A stretch of 64,000 nucleotides of DNA from Selaginella moellendorffii (Eukaryota; Plantae; Lycopodiophyta), in assembly GCF_000143415.4 (NCBI RefSeq), contig NW_003314306.1:1058815-1122814 (forward strand), given 5' to 3'. Positions 1 to 11,759 of the stretch are shown here, piece after piece (position 1 is the stretch's first letter; the number at the start of each line of letters is the position of its first letter). A program made the position numbers and the translations under genes. Below the pieces are notes generated by a model. The model was not told where the DNA came from. It saw nothing but the letters and a program-made list of their open reading frames with translations, and made no database searches.

Positions 1-192
1 CAGGCGGCGCCGCTGGCTCGCCATTGTCTCCCTCGCTATCGTTGCCCTCTTCTTGCCGTTGCTGCCGGCCAGGATCGGGAGGTGGAGGACCCATTGGAAA
101 TGCCCGCCCAAAAACCCTTGATTCAAATGACTAGGGCTCGTGCGTATATGGTTTTATAGTTAAATTGATTATATAGAATTAATCATTGATAA

Positions 193-266
193 GGCCTATT
201 AGCTCAGTTGGTCAGAGCGTGGTGCTAATAACGCCGAGGTCGCAGGTTCGAAACCTGCGTAGGCCA
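193..266 (+). tRNA. tRNA-Ile (anticodon AAT)
   Basis: 74-nt cloverleaf GGCCTAT...GTAGGCCA; A-box TAGCTCAGTTGG, anticodon loop CT-AAT-AA, B-box GGTTCGAAACC; downstream T-run Pol III terminator. Confidence 0.95.
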
Positions 267-338
267 TTGTTTTTTCTTGTAAAGGTCGCTGGCTCGAAAC
301 CTTTTAACAGCAAAAGAATGTGAGGGCTCCAGGAAGGG

Positions 339-1341
339 ATGGTTTTGCTTTGGGTCGTTCTTCTCTTCTCCTCAACGATCTGTCAAGCTGATCGGAATGG
401 TCTCACGCAAGAAAAGATTCCAGCGGCTTTCGTGGGCGATGATCATCGCCTAGAGGTATCTCTCTTCTCCTTTGGAAGTTTACTCTTGGATTGCATTCCA
501 GGAGGAGGAGATTATTGCCGAGATTGTGCTTGGAGGAGTGGCAAACCAAGACGTAGAGGTGCGTGTATCTATCTTAATCGTGAGTGTCACAATCCAGAGT
601 TTCTTATATTCAGGTGGATGAATTCTTCCTTGTAGACGAGGTATGGAGCCCTGTTTCTCAGGATCAATGCGCAACTTACGTTTTCTTTTGCTCCAGGTGG
701 AAGAATTATTTTTTAAGGAGACAAAGGTACTCGAGCTTAGCTTTTCGAGAGGATCACTGAACTTACTACCGGGCTTTCCAGGTAGAAGAAATCTCTCCAG
801 GAAAAGAGGTATGAGTTTCACTAGACCGAAACTTAACCGGGAGATCTATTCTTTTTGTTTTTTTTCTGTTTCCAGGTGGAAACGATCGTTGTACGCGAAG
901 ATGAGACTGTATTGCTGCCGTATGTCTGTACATGGGGGCTCATACTTCTAGGAATTGTGTTGGCGAAGAAGCGCGTTTTGAGGATTCGAGCTCGGGGGAG
1001 CAAGGATCACAAACTTCCAGTCGAAAGCTTCAAGCCCCCAGTGGCTCCAGTGGATACTTCAGTCATTGAAACCTTTGGTGAGATCATAGCGGAAGCTCTG
1101 CATAAGGTAAGAGCTCCTCTTTCATCCTTGGACTTGCTAACAGGATTTTTGGGAGAAGAACACCGGCAAGCTCTCCGAGGAGGCTGTGCGAGGCCTAAGT
1201 AAAGAAAAACTTTGCGAGGTGAGAAGCCACTTAAAATCTAGTACAAACGCTCGTCTTGTTCATTTCCAGGTGATCGGAAGAAGAAAGGCCGAGAGGATTG
1301 CCCGCAGATTTTCCAGGGCCTTCATCGCCAAGTACTGGTAA
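339..1341 (+). CDS. Orphan type-I membrane protein, 8 exons including three micro-exons
   Basis: GT-AG exons 339-455, 502-558, 614-640, 697-726, 782-808, 876-1106, 1144-1218 and 1270-1341 are all phase 0 and join into one ORF. Signal peptide MVLLWVVLLFSSTICQA, acidic ectodomain, TM VLLPYVCTWGLILLGIVLA followed by KKR; ends AKYW*. Confidence 0.7.
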
Positions 1342-1649
1342 ACGCACTCGTTAAGAAAGATTTGAGCTTTTAGTCGTTTTCTTTCATACATTTTCAGATG
1401 AACAAGCAACAAGGACGTGATCTTCCTTCGTTTTCTCTTGTTTGATGGTTGAGAGCAAGACTTAAAATCGTCGACGTGGTTGTATGAGTGCGTAATGGAA
1501 CAGAATTCCTCAAACCTAAATTTTGCAAACAAAAACCACACAAAGTACAAGTTATCAACAAATTTCTGATATATGTTAAATTTGATTCTTGTCATAGTTA
1601 GTAGATCTCGCTCAGCAAAGCCAGGATCCCAGCTCGTTCACCATCTCTT

Positions 1650-3140
1650 TGTATTTATAGAAGAGTATATTCACCAAGAATAATAAATTATTTAAGATAC
1701 AATTTTTATTATATTCATGAACAACTTCACTGAAATTAGAGAGAATATATGTTGAAAAAATTCTCAATAATTCCTAGCAATAAAATGTTATGGATCAAAG
1801 ATGAAACATTAGTTTTAAACATAATATTGGATTCATTTTTTAAAAGCAAGCTTTGAGATATAATTATATGGTGAACGTGAACCATTAGATTACACATATA
1901 TTTAGTTTCTCATCCTATTAGAGTGAGTTTTTTAATAGCATGGATACTTAGTAAAAACTGTTACTTTTATGTGTTGATAGTGTAATTATTTTATTTTCTA
2001 ATATTTATATTCATGCATTTTCTGAGTAGTGTTTAAAATTAACTTATTCTATTATGTTTCATGAACATTATTTCTGAATATGTTTTTATTGAAAGAATGC
2101 TAATAAAAAATATGATTAATCATCTCTCTATTTATAATTTATTTTTATTTGAATTTAAGTCTTTATACCAATGACATTAAGATCTTAAATTTTAATAAGA
2201 GATGAAAGATAAGGTTTTACTTCAATATTAGGGTCTCAATGTTAAATAATCTTTTCTTTTATGCAAAAACTATAATATATCAGAAAATTTAAATATAATA
2301 TATAAATAAATTTAATAATACTAAACAATAAATTGATGATGAATCATATTTCTTTAGATTATAGTTTACTTTATTGTGTGGCTATTGTGCTAAAGTTATC
2401 TCAATCATTATTATTGCTTATTATGTTTTTCATGTATCAATACATAAATTATTAATGTAAAAAAAGTGTTAAAAAAATATAATATTATAAAAACTTTAAA
2501 TTAAATCTGAGTCAACCAACAATTAAACATAATTAAATTCAAAGATGACTGTATTAATAAGTAACAAAAGATTATTAATAAAATTAAATGTAATTTACAA
2601 AACAAAATACATACAGCTCTTCAAATCTTCTATTTTATATTATGGAATACATAGTTTTCAATAATAATATTGTGTGTGTATATTAAATAATATTAAATTA
2701 ATAAAATACTCTTTTCTCATATGCAATTTAAAATATCATATAAATTTTGGGAATCTAAATTTTTTTCCAAAATTTTAAATTTCTAAATACCTTTACTCTA
2801 AATTCATCATTTGAAGCTTAATTTCTTGAGTAAATGTAATCACAATTCCATTTAATTTGATTATTCCTCTTAATTTTAATCTTCTATTGAATTTTAACCT
2901 TATTAAATTATAGGAGTTTAAAATATATTACATATACTTTTAAAATATTTTAATTTAAAATTAGTAAAAGTTATCAATTATAAAATCAAGAAAAAATCTT
3001 AAATGACACTATTTATCCCATAGTTTCTAGATGAAAATATATGATTTGGTTCGAATTTATTTAATTCAATTATTGAAATCTTTTGACACAGATGAGTTTA
3101 TCTTCTGCTTGCAAAAATTATAATCTAACTCTAACTAGCT
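1650..3140. other. Very AT-rich non-coding block, probable transposon relic
   Basis: Abrupt composition change and no ORFs of 60 aa or more; termini not identified. Confidence 0.4.
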
Positions 3141-3177
3141 CACACAATCCTTATGATTTTAGAACATGGGAGCATAC

Positions 3178-3332
3178 ATCACAAACTTCCAGTCGAAAGC
3201 TTCAAACCCCCAGTGGATCATTGAAACCTTTAATTCGCTGAGAGATAAAATAACTGGTATGTATACGTGATCATCCTTGCATGATATTTGAAAGCAAGAC
3301 TTAACAATCATCGTCGCTGCTGCTGTATGAGT
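3178..3332 (+). repeat. Degraded partial duplicate of the 3' part of the 339-1341 locus
   Basis: ATCACAAACTTCCAGTCGAAAGCTTCAA..CCCCAGTG..CATTGAAACCTTT matches ~1006-1076; ACGTGATC..AGCAAGACTTAA..TGTATGAGT matches ~1415-1490. Confidence 0.75.
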
Positions 3333-4352
3333 ATCTGTTGGAATTTTCCGACCGTGAGTAATTGCTGGATGGTTTTAGTGATGAGGCTGTGGATGCTAAC
3401 CACCAGGGAACTGGCACATCAACCTCCCCCACTGGCAGTAAAACGCCTGACTTGGTGTTGGGAACACTCCGTCTGTTAAGATCCCAGGCACTCTCCCCTT
3501 GTCCTCGCAGTTCCAGGAACAGCACCATGGTCGCGTGAGAAGAAGCTACTTCTCTGCAGTACTCGACGCTCAATTCGGGAGTTTTTCCGACCCAAAACTT
3601 CTGGGTGGAGCCGCAGAGCGTCGCGTCCAGTCCGTTTTTCTCGATGGATTGTAAGTTTCTGGATGGAGTTCCGTGAAAGACGTATTCGAGAGACTTTAGC
3701 TCCGAAGTATCGGCCTGCCTGAGAGCACAGAACATCTCCACTGTGACATGGTTGTTAAGAAGAATTGCTTGTATGGCTAGATTTGTATAGAGCCTTACTG
3801 ATAAGTTCTTTGTTGGTCGTGGCAGCCTCTTTAATGAGTGCTCGGACGAACTTGCAGTAGATTTCCGGCTTGTTGGCAAGGAACTTGTTGGATCGAACGT
3901 TTTTGATCTTGGGGTGCTTGTCCATGATCACCTTCTTGAGGAAACTCTCCTTGTTCATGAGCTGGAGGAGCTCCTCGACTGCATGCCCGATCGCTTGGTC
4001 CTTGGAAGTCTGGAAAGAAAAAAGAAGATCAGGAAGTAAGAGAATTCGAAGTATACAATCGCATCGCTTCCAATTATCTTGATCTTCCGGCGATAGCCAC
4101 TTCGCAGATTGACTTGCTCCATGTGATCCAGATCAATCTCGTATCTCCTTCCACTGGGATACTTTTTCGAAGTGATTCTTCCAAGGGAAATTCTTGATGC
4201 ATACTTGGAGGCCTGGGATTCAGCAAAGCCATGCAAATTACTCAATACTTTCTCGCAGTCCTATCGCTTCATGCGAGCACCAGAATGACATGCTCGATGC
4301 TTGGGCGGTATCTCACCCAGCAGTCATCCTCCCTCCAGTAAATTCCAGCCAT
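3301..4352 (-). CDS. WWE domain + PARP/ADP-ribosyltransferase-like domain protein
   Basis: Spliced model reads MAGIYWREDDCWVRYRPSIEHVIL | ASKY...GRRYEIDLDHMEQVNLRSGYRRKIK (WWE) ... YVFHGTPSRNLQSIEKNGLD...SVEYC (PARP-fold HGT motif). Three short GT-AG introns join the ORF pieces 3955-4245, 3755-3958 and 3301-3879. Confidence 0.75.
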
Positions 4353-4547
4353 GGTTGGATCCGCGCACTCCTTGGTGATGCACATTCTTTTGCTACAGGT
4401 CTAAAATAGCGATCACACACATTATATTAGAGGAAGAGGAAGTAACTAAATTTATAACAATTATAAACCATTGAGTTAAAAAATATTGTTTACATAAATT
4501 ACAGAAACTTTGGTTTAGTTAATGTTAAAACAGAAGTTTGCATGTAA

Positions 4548-4596
4548 GGCCTTGCTAATAACGCCAAGGTCGTAGGTTCGCAACCTGTATGAGCCA
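4548..4596 (+). pseudogene. tRNA-Ile pseudogene with the D-arm deleted
   Basis: GGCCT is joined directly to TGCTAATAACGCCAAGGTCGTAGGTTCGCAACCTG; its ~45-bp upstream flank is duplicated in front of the intact gene at 4686. Confidence 0.8.
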
Positions 4597-4685
4597 CATT
4601 TCTGACCTACACTTTCTTCGTTCATTTCAAAACCTTATTACAGAAAATTTGGTTTAGTTAATGTTAAACAGAAGTCTGCGTGTAA

Positions 4686-4759
4686 GGCCTGTTAGCTCAG
4701 CTGGTCAGAGCGTGGTGCTAATAACGCCAAGGTCGCAGGTTCGAAACCTGCATGGGCCA
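4686..4759 (+). tRNA. tRNA-Ile (anticodon AAT)
   Basis: 74-nt cloverleaf GGCCTGT...ATGGGCCA, anticodon AAT, intact A and B boxes. Confidence 0.95.
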
Positions 4760-4819
4760 CATGTTTTGACTTTGTTTTAACGTTAAAGGTTCAAGGTTTT
4801 AAGCACAATATTCTAAATG

Positions 4820-4938
4820 AACGCCAAGGTCGCAGGTTCGAAACCCGCATGAGCCACATTTTTAAAATTGTTTACGATTAAACATGTTTAATTAACGGTT
4901 TCGAGCTAGGTCGCAGGTTCAAAACCTGCATGCGCCAT
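4820..4938 (+). pseudogene. Two further tRNA-Ile 3'-half remnants
   Basis: AACGCCAAGGTCGCAGGTTCGAAACCCGCATGAGCCA (4820-4856) and GGTCGCAGGTTCAAAACCTGCATGCGCCA (~4909-4938). Confidence 0.8.
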
Positions 4939-5513
4939 ATTTTCTTTGGCTTGTATTTTTCTACTTTTCTTTTTTGTTCTTCAGTGTTCTTCCTCGTCGA
5001 TAGAAGACAGGACCACGCCACTCAACTAACAAACGCGAAGAGTCAAGGCCCCGTGAGTGACACTGCCTGGTAAAATTCGAAGGGAAAAAAATAAACCTTT
5101 GTTGTCTTTCCAGTGTGCTCTCTCGCTGCTCCAGATTCGCAATGGGCGCTGCTGCCACGGAAGTGTATACGCACCGATCTAGCAATTGACATAACGCTCC
5201 GGAACGTGCCACAGCAGGTAGCGAAAGCCTCCACAACGTTGACAGAAGAACCACCACCTAAGATGAAAGGAAAAGTTAGACATAAAAAGTTTGCTGCGGG
5301 AAGAATCACGCCTCACCTTAGGAGGAACTAGATGTAAAATCCGCTGGAGTTACTGGGACCAGGACTGTCACTCTAGTCAAGAGGCCCTGTATGCACATAA
5401 ATTGAACTTCATAGCCGGAAGTGCCGTGCACGACGGAGGGCGCATAAAGTTTGATCGTCCCCATTGTCTCCATAGTTTGTCTCGTCTCTGGTAGCAGCAG
5501 CAGGGAGGAGGCA

Positions 5514-7631
5514 ATGCAGATCCACACCCGCATTCTCGTCGTAGCAATTGGCTTGCTCGTTGCAGCCGGTGTTTCAAGCGCCGCCGACTCTACTACTTCC
5601 ACAACTCGTGTCTACAACTTCACTGTAAGGGAGCTTGTTCTTTAGCGAAAGGGAATACCTCTTTGCTTGCCTGCTTTTGTTTGTTGCTCCAGCAGTAGTG
5701 ACACTGTCTTGCTGCTGCTGCTGCTGCTCAGATCCGGTCGACAAACGTGAGGCGACTTTGCAACTCGAAGTCTCTTGTCGCTGTGAACGGAAGGTACCCC
5801 GGTCCGGTCATCTTTGCAAACCAAGGTGACCGTCTTCTCATCAATGTTACCAACAATGGACCGTATAACATCACGATGCACTGGTGAGCTTCTTCCCCGC
5901 GTAGAGATCCTTTTCTCTCGTCGTGAACTTAAGTCGCTGGATTTCTCACAGGCACGGGATCCGGCAGCTCTTCTCCTGCTGGGCCGATGGACCTGCCTAT
6001 GTCACCCAGTGCCCGATCCAACCTGGGGGATCATACCTCTACAACTACACCATTGTCAGGCAGAGCGGAACTCTCTTCTATCATGCTCACGAGACTTGGC
6101 TGCGAGCGACTGTCCACGGAGCCATGGTCGTCTTTCCAACTTCTGGAGAGCCTTATCCCTTTGTCTTCCCCAAGGAAGAGCACATCATAATTCTGGGTAC
6201 AACGAAGAAGCAGCATTGTTCCTGGAACTGACTGACTTTCCGATTTCTTTCTCGCAGGCGAATGGTGGAATGCTAATGTCGAGGACGTCGAGAACCAAGC
6301 GCTGCTAACCGGCGGAGGCCCTGCTCTTTCGGATGCTTACACCATCAATGGATTGCCCGGCCCTCTCTACAACTGTTCCGCTAATGGTGAGTTCCACTTG
6401 CTGCTGCTCCCCTTAAACGCCAGAACTCGTACTCTAGCTTTCTTTTCCAGCCACTTTAAAGCTCTTCTCTTCCTTTCCGCTGAGATTCTCTGCGTGCTGC
6501 TATTGCTGCTGCTACAGACGTGTACAAGCTCCGGGTCCAACCAAACAAAGTCTACCTTCTTCGGATCATCAACGCAGCACTCAATATCGAGCTCTTCTTC
6601 TCGGTCGCTAACCATAACATCACGGTGGTGGAGACGGATGGAGACTACACCAAGCCTTATAGTACCACTTCCATCATGATAACTCCTGGCCAGACGACGA
6701 ACGTTCTTCTCACCACTGATCAGCCTGTTGGACGCTACTACATGGGTGCCAGTCCCTACATGTCGGCGATGAACGTTCCTTTTCGCATGACTCCCACACT
6801 GGCAATCCTCGAGTACGCTGGCTCCAATGCTTCCTCTACACCGGTGATGCCAAACTTCCCACAAAGTAACGACACTGCGTTCGTGACAACGTTTTCCACC
6901 AGCCTGCGAAGCCTTGCCAACGCTCAGCACCCGGAGCCCGTTCCACAGACGATAACTTCCAACTTCTTCCTCACGGTCGGACTCGGGGCGAAACCGTGCG
7001 ACGCCAACTTTGGCTGCCAGGGACCGAATGGAAGCAAGTTCACGGCTTCCGTGAGTAACATATCGTTTGTTCTTCCATCTGTCTCCGTGCTCCAGGCCTA
7101 TTTCTTCAACATTTCCAACGTCTTCTCCCCGGACTTCCCAGCCCAGCCTCTGAACGTGTTCGACTACACCGGAAATCCTCCAAGTAATATCACCCCGCTC
7201 CGAGGAACCAGAGCTGCTGTCATCCCTTTCAATGCCAGCGTCCAGATGGTGCTCCAGGACACCAGTATACTCGGGGTTGAGAACCACCCGATCCATCTCC
7301 ATGGATTTAGCTTCTACATTGTTGGCCAAGGATTTGGAAACTTCAATAACTCCGCAGCGGCAGCTTTCAATCTCGTGGACCCTCCTCGAAGAAACACAGT
7401 TGCTGTACCCGTTGGTGGCTGGGCTGCTATAAGATTCTGGGCCGATAATCCAGGTAGCCTGTTCAATCCTGCTAAATTCATCCTGTCGTTTCTGCTTTTG
7501 CAGGAGTCTGGTATATGCATTGCCATCTGGAAATCCACACGTCATGGGGACTAGCAACCACTTTCATCGTCCAGAATGGACCCGGTAACCAGACGCTTCC
7601 ACCACCTCCTCCCGATCTACCACAATGTTAG
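5514..7631 (+). CDS. LAC: Laccase (multicopper oxidase)
   Basis: Signal peptide; copper-binding motifs HW|[28 protein letters not shown] and [14 protein letters not shown]; ends PPPPDLPQC*; 6 exons. Confidence 0.95.
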
Positions 7632-7899
7632 ACAAGAAAAATTCGTTTGTGTTTACCTTAATTGTTTTAGAGCTCGTGCATAAGCTGAAGTCCCATTGAA
7701 AATGTCGGATACTGCTCGGAGGACCTACCTGTCATAAAAGAGCCAGAGCTTCCAGCCGATCCAGCCGATCTACCAAGATTTTAGACAAGAAAAATTGGTT
7801 TGTGTTTACCTGATTGTTTTAAAGCTCGTGTCCTGAAGCACTATTGAGTGTGTCGGATACTGCTCGGAGGACCAACCTGTAATAAAAGAGTCAGAGCCA
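7612..7899 (+). repeat. ~150-bp imperfect tandem duplication of the laccase stop/3' UTR
   Basis: CCGATCTACC..TTAGACAAGAAAAATT..TGTCGGATACTGCTCGGAGGACC..ATAAAAGAG.CAGAGC occurs at 7612-7749 and 7765-7898. Confidence 0.85.
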
Positions 7900-8127
7900 C
7901 ATAGACAAAGACATCAACATCTCCATTGGTATCAAATCGGCTTCCAGCTATGAAACGTACCTCCCCGAAAAACTTAGAAAAAGCGTGTCGGACGAGTTGG
8001 TAAGAGATTGTCTGAAAAGCGGAACAAACATCAATTTTTAAAAGGATGTTTGTCTGTGGAAGGTCATCTATATTTCTGGAAACACAAAATAACATGAGCG
8101 AATCATTGTTGAGCGGCTGAATGATCT

Positions 8128-9591
8128 CTACGTAGTCGACGCGTGACTCCTCGCTGTGAAAGGGACACTTATTAAGACAGAATGATTTGTTAAAAACTCA
8201 CCAAAGCTAGTTGTCATGGTGACCATATCTGCAGGAGCCTCTTTGAGAGTATGCCCTTGCATATAAACATCCTGAAAGTAGAACACCGAAAACAAAACTC
8301 ATGTTAAGATTGTAGACGACTGAGACTTACAGCAGCGAAGTGATTTATTTCGCGATGGTGTATTTCATCTGCCCGAATGACCATGACAACGTCCCGTAGT
8401 GTCGCATCCATTGGCAACCTCCAGTAGTCGATAGCAAGGTCCGGCGCAGGAGCGTTTGGGACCTTTCCGTCGTCTATGTCATTGATGAGTTGTGTATACG
8501 ACTGGATTGTCTCCTCTCTGATGTACCCCGCCATCCGATGAGCAAACCGAGGAGAAACGACGTAAAGCAGGAAGTACGCGTTCATAAACATCCCTTGAGC
8601 AGTAAAAACCAGGGCCCGTTCCTGCCACGATGGTTTGGACAGCTCCATGAACGTCATCAGGTGCATTCGTTCGTTTTCTGCTTCTTCCATAAGAGCCTTG
8701 ATCCACCCTCCACTGTGCTCTACTCGCCTCAGAGACTTACAATGCAAAACCATCCCGCCAACCATTCCGGGAACACCAGAGATGGTTTCTAGCATTGCGG
8801 CTCGACATATGTAACGTTGCTGCAATAACGAGAGAGAGCAAAAGCGAGCGTGAGAAACGTAAAGAAGAAAAACGAGAAAGCCAAAACTCACGTTACTGCT
8901 TTAGATGTCAAACTTATATGAAACTTTAGAAATGGTTGTGCAGCATCACCCGAAAGAGCAAGTCGGTGGGAAATCTTAGAGCCATCACGGCCAGCCTCGC
9001 AAACTGGTCGGAGAAATTCTCTGGGTTCCTGTGCTTGTTTACGTCGATACTCCCCTCAGCTTCAATTATCCGGTTCTCCGATGGCTGAAAAGCTCTCCAA
9101 GTTAGAACCATCAATGATCGGACTCAAAAAACATGCGAACTTACCCGGAAGGAATTCCAAATGTTCGACCCAACATCGTTCGGCTTGCCGAAACGCACGC
9201 CCCAGTAACCGGGAGAAATCCCAGCATCACAAACTTGCTCTGCCGGAGAAGATGTTTCCAGTGCAGGAGGAACCACATTGTCCTCCACCGGAGGAGGAGC
9301 TTCCATTTTATCTTCCAGAGGTTCTTGCACCATAGCAGCGGCAGAGCTGCTGTTCTTGATGTGTGTGGAAGTCAGCAAGTTCTTCATTGCAGCGGCGTGC
9401 TGCTGCTTCATCGACGACGAGAGCCCGATCAAAAAGTACTGCTTCTCCTTGGACGGCGGCGACATACACCCCTGCTTGATCGGCTTGGAAACGCAGTGCC
9501 CCAGCTCGAATGCGTTGCGGATCAAAGGCGTGTTGCTCACTGGCTGCCTGGCTAGCTGCCGCAGAGAGTTGAGAAATCTGCCCCCTCTCAT
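8128..9591 (-). CDS. AOX: Mitochondrial alternative oxidase (divergent)
   Basis: Motifs [22 protein letters not shown] and RADE.HH; Arg/Ser-rich presequence [13 protein letters not shown]; typical AOX exon layout. Start (9591 or 9694) and the last exon are uncertain. Confidence 0.9.
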
Positions 9592-9821
9592 CTTGAGGCG
9601 CTCGGCGAAGATCAGTACTCCCAGACGATCTGGCAAGAATCACTCACCAGCAGCCTAGCAGCATCGCCAGCGCCATCGCGGCCTCGCTCGCCATAGCCTG
9701 CCCTATTTTCTGTTTAGCTCACCGTTACGCGGGAAAAGCACACGCGGCACAAAAAGATTGGTATATGTGGCAGCTATTTAATTCTTAAAATTTAAGAGAA
9801 TATTCGTTAGGGTTTATTGGC

Positions 9822-10460
9822 ATGGAGGTGGGGTTGGCCGCGCCAGGGGCAGCGGATCCACTGGCGCGAGCGAAAGAGAATCTCTGATTGATCGGGGCGC
9901 GAGTGTGTAGAGGATGAAGTTTGGATGAAATGCAGAGGATTTTGGAGGATCGAGGCCTCAAGCTGCGATTTCCAAAGCCCAGCAAAGAGAAATGCCAGTG
10001 GCTGGAGGAAGTATTAGAGGCAGCACGGATTCTAGAGCTCAACGAGGTAAGAGTTCGTCATTGCTCTATCGAAGACTTGCTGTTTTCTTTTGTTTTTCTT
10101 CTTTGCTCTCAGACAGAATGTTATTTTCTGGAAGGCGATGAAAGAGGCATGATCAGTGCTCGAAACGAAATGGCGTCGTTCGATCTTTGCTGGTTTCCAG
10201 CACTTATTCCGAGCTCGAGAAAATTGTTTTGAAAAGGCTGGATGAATTTGGCACTGATGAAAGCAATGTAGGCAACATTGACATAGCTGGTGAGTCTTGG
10301 TAGTTCTTTCTGTGACGATCTTAAAAGCTTTGTGACAAAACAGATTTTGAAGGATATGGTAGAGGAGGGGCTGCAGCGTGCGATTTAAAAGCTGGAGATC
10401 TCGTCCTTGAGATTCCCAGCGAGATAATTATCTCTGAAACTGTCACGCTGGAGTCTGGTG
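9822..10460 (+). pseudogene. SET-domain (Rubisco LSMT-like) methyltransferase gene, 5' part
   Basis: RILEDRGL...LEAARILELNE|TECYF...ISARNEMAS and FEGYGRGGAAACDLKAGDLVLEIPSEIII (SET N-terminal motif); frameshift near 10200-10240; first intron donor lost. Confidence 0.7.
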
Positions 10461-10594
10461 AGTCGGATTTCTGTTCGATTCTCTCCGTGAAAAGTACTGG
10501 CGAGCAGTAGATAGTTGTTGAAGTTTTCTGGGAGGGGATTGTTCGTTTTCACGGGATTCCTCAGGACATTGTTTGGTCTATTTTCTCCACTGAT

Positions 10595-10710
10595 CGTTCA
10601 AGATTCTGATCTACAAGAGCATCTTCACGCCATACAGGAACTCCATACTCTTGTTTGCAAGCATCTCCATGCTGCCCAGGATTCCATGAAGTTTTTTGCG
10701 GACCATACGG
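10595..10710 (+). mobile_element. Ty3/gypsy integrase C-terminal fragment
   Basis: LHAIQELHTLVCKHLHAAQDSMKFFADH resembles the post-integrase 'L..AQ..MK..AD' pattern of gypsy Pol. Confidence 0.5.
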
Positions 10711-10749
10711 TTTCGGTTCCAGTAAACCCTAACGAATATTCACAGACCT

Positions 10750-11750
10750 CTACGAGGACAGATGTTGAGACTGGTGTACGGCAACTTCGTGGTCGCCAAC
10801 TCCACTCTGGGCGTAGCCGCCCATCATCGCGTTCCAGGAAACAAGTTTTCGCTCTGGCATGGCATCCAACAGCGCCCTGGCGCGATCCAGATCCCCGCCC
10901 TGCGCGATCGCCACGGCAATCGTGGTGAAGGAGATCACGTCGGGCTGCGGCATTCGATCGAAGACCTCTACGCGGTGTAGGCCTGGATCATCGCGTTCCA
11001 GGAGACGCAGTTCTTCTCTGGGATGCGATCCAAGAGATTCTTGGCCGAGGAGAGATCGCCGCTCTCGGCCAGGGCAATGGCCATGGCGTTCCAGGAAATC
11101 AAGCTCCACGTCGGCATTCGCCAAAATACCGCCACTACCGCCCCGTGGCATAGCCAGAGATCATCGACGTCCAGGAGCTACAATTCCGCCCAGGCGTCAT
11201 GGCCGTGAAAAGCGACGCTGCGGTATCCACATCCCCTTCCTGACAGCTCGCCAGGATCATCGCGTTCCAAGCCACAGCGCTCTTCTCCGGCATCGCCTGG
11301 ATCCCTCCTCGATCTTGCCCCGCGCGACGTGACCCGTGACGATCATCGTCCAGGAGATGAGATCCGTGAGCGGCATTCTGTCAAAGACATCTCTGGCCCG
11401 CCGCAAATTCCCTCTTTCGGCGTACGCTTGTTCCAGGACACGAGGCTCTTCCTGGGCATGGAATCAAAGAGAGTTCTGGCCACAACAAGATGCCCTGACC
11501 GGGCATATGCTGCAAACATGAGATTCCACGACACTGTATCGCGGCTGGGCATCTTCCGAAAGAGGTCCCGGGCATCTTTCAGCCCCTCGTGGCCCAGGGT
11601 GATGTTCCAAGAAAAGAGATTCTTGTGCCAGCGCCGCCAAGGGCGCCATACATCTGGACGAAGGTCTTGCGGATCCAGCCATTGCTGAAGACGTGGGCGT
11701 GGATGAGCGAGACCTCGCCAATGTGGCGGCATCCACGGAGGAGGGATGCG
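10750..11750 (-). pseudogene. PLS-class PPR pseudogene fragments
   Basis: VFDRMPQPDVISF, DAMPERKLVSWNAMMGGYAQSG and DARDLFRKMPSRDTVSWNLMFAAYARSG are spread over several frames. Confidence 0.85.
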
Positions 11751-11759
11751 GGATTGGGC

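Noticed and set aside
1-24. Possible start of a minus-strand gene (MASQRRRL) at the window edge
   Set aside because: Too little sequence to support a call.
6367-7557. 396-aa minus-strand ORF
   Set aside because: Antisense shadow of the long laccase exon; no independent motifs.
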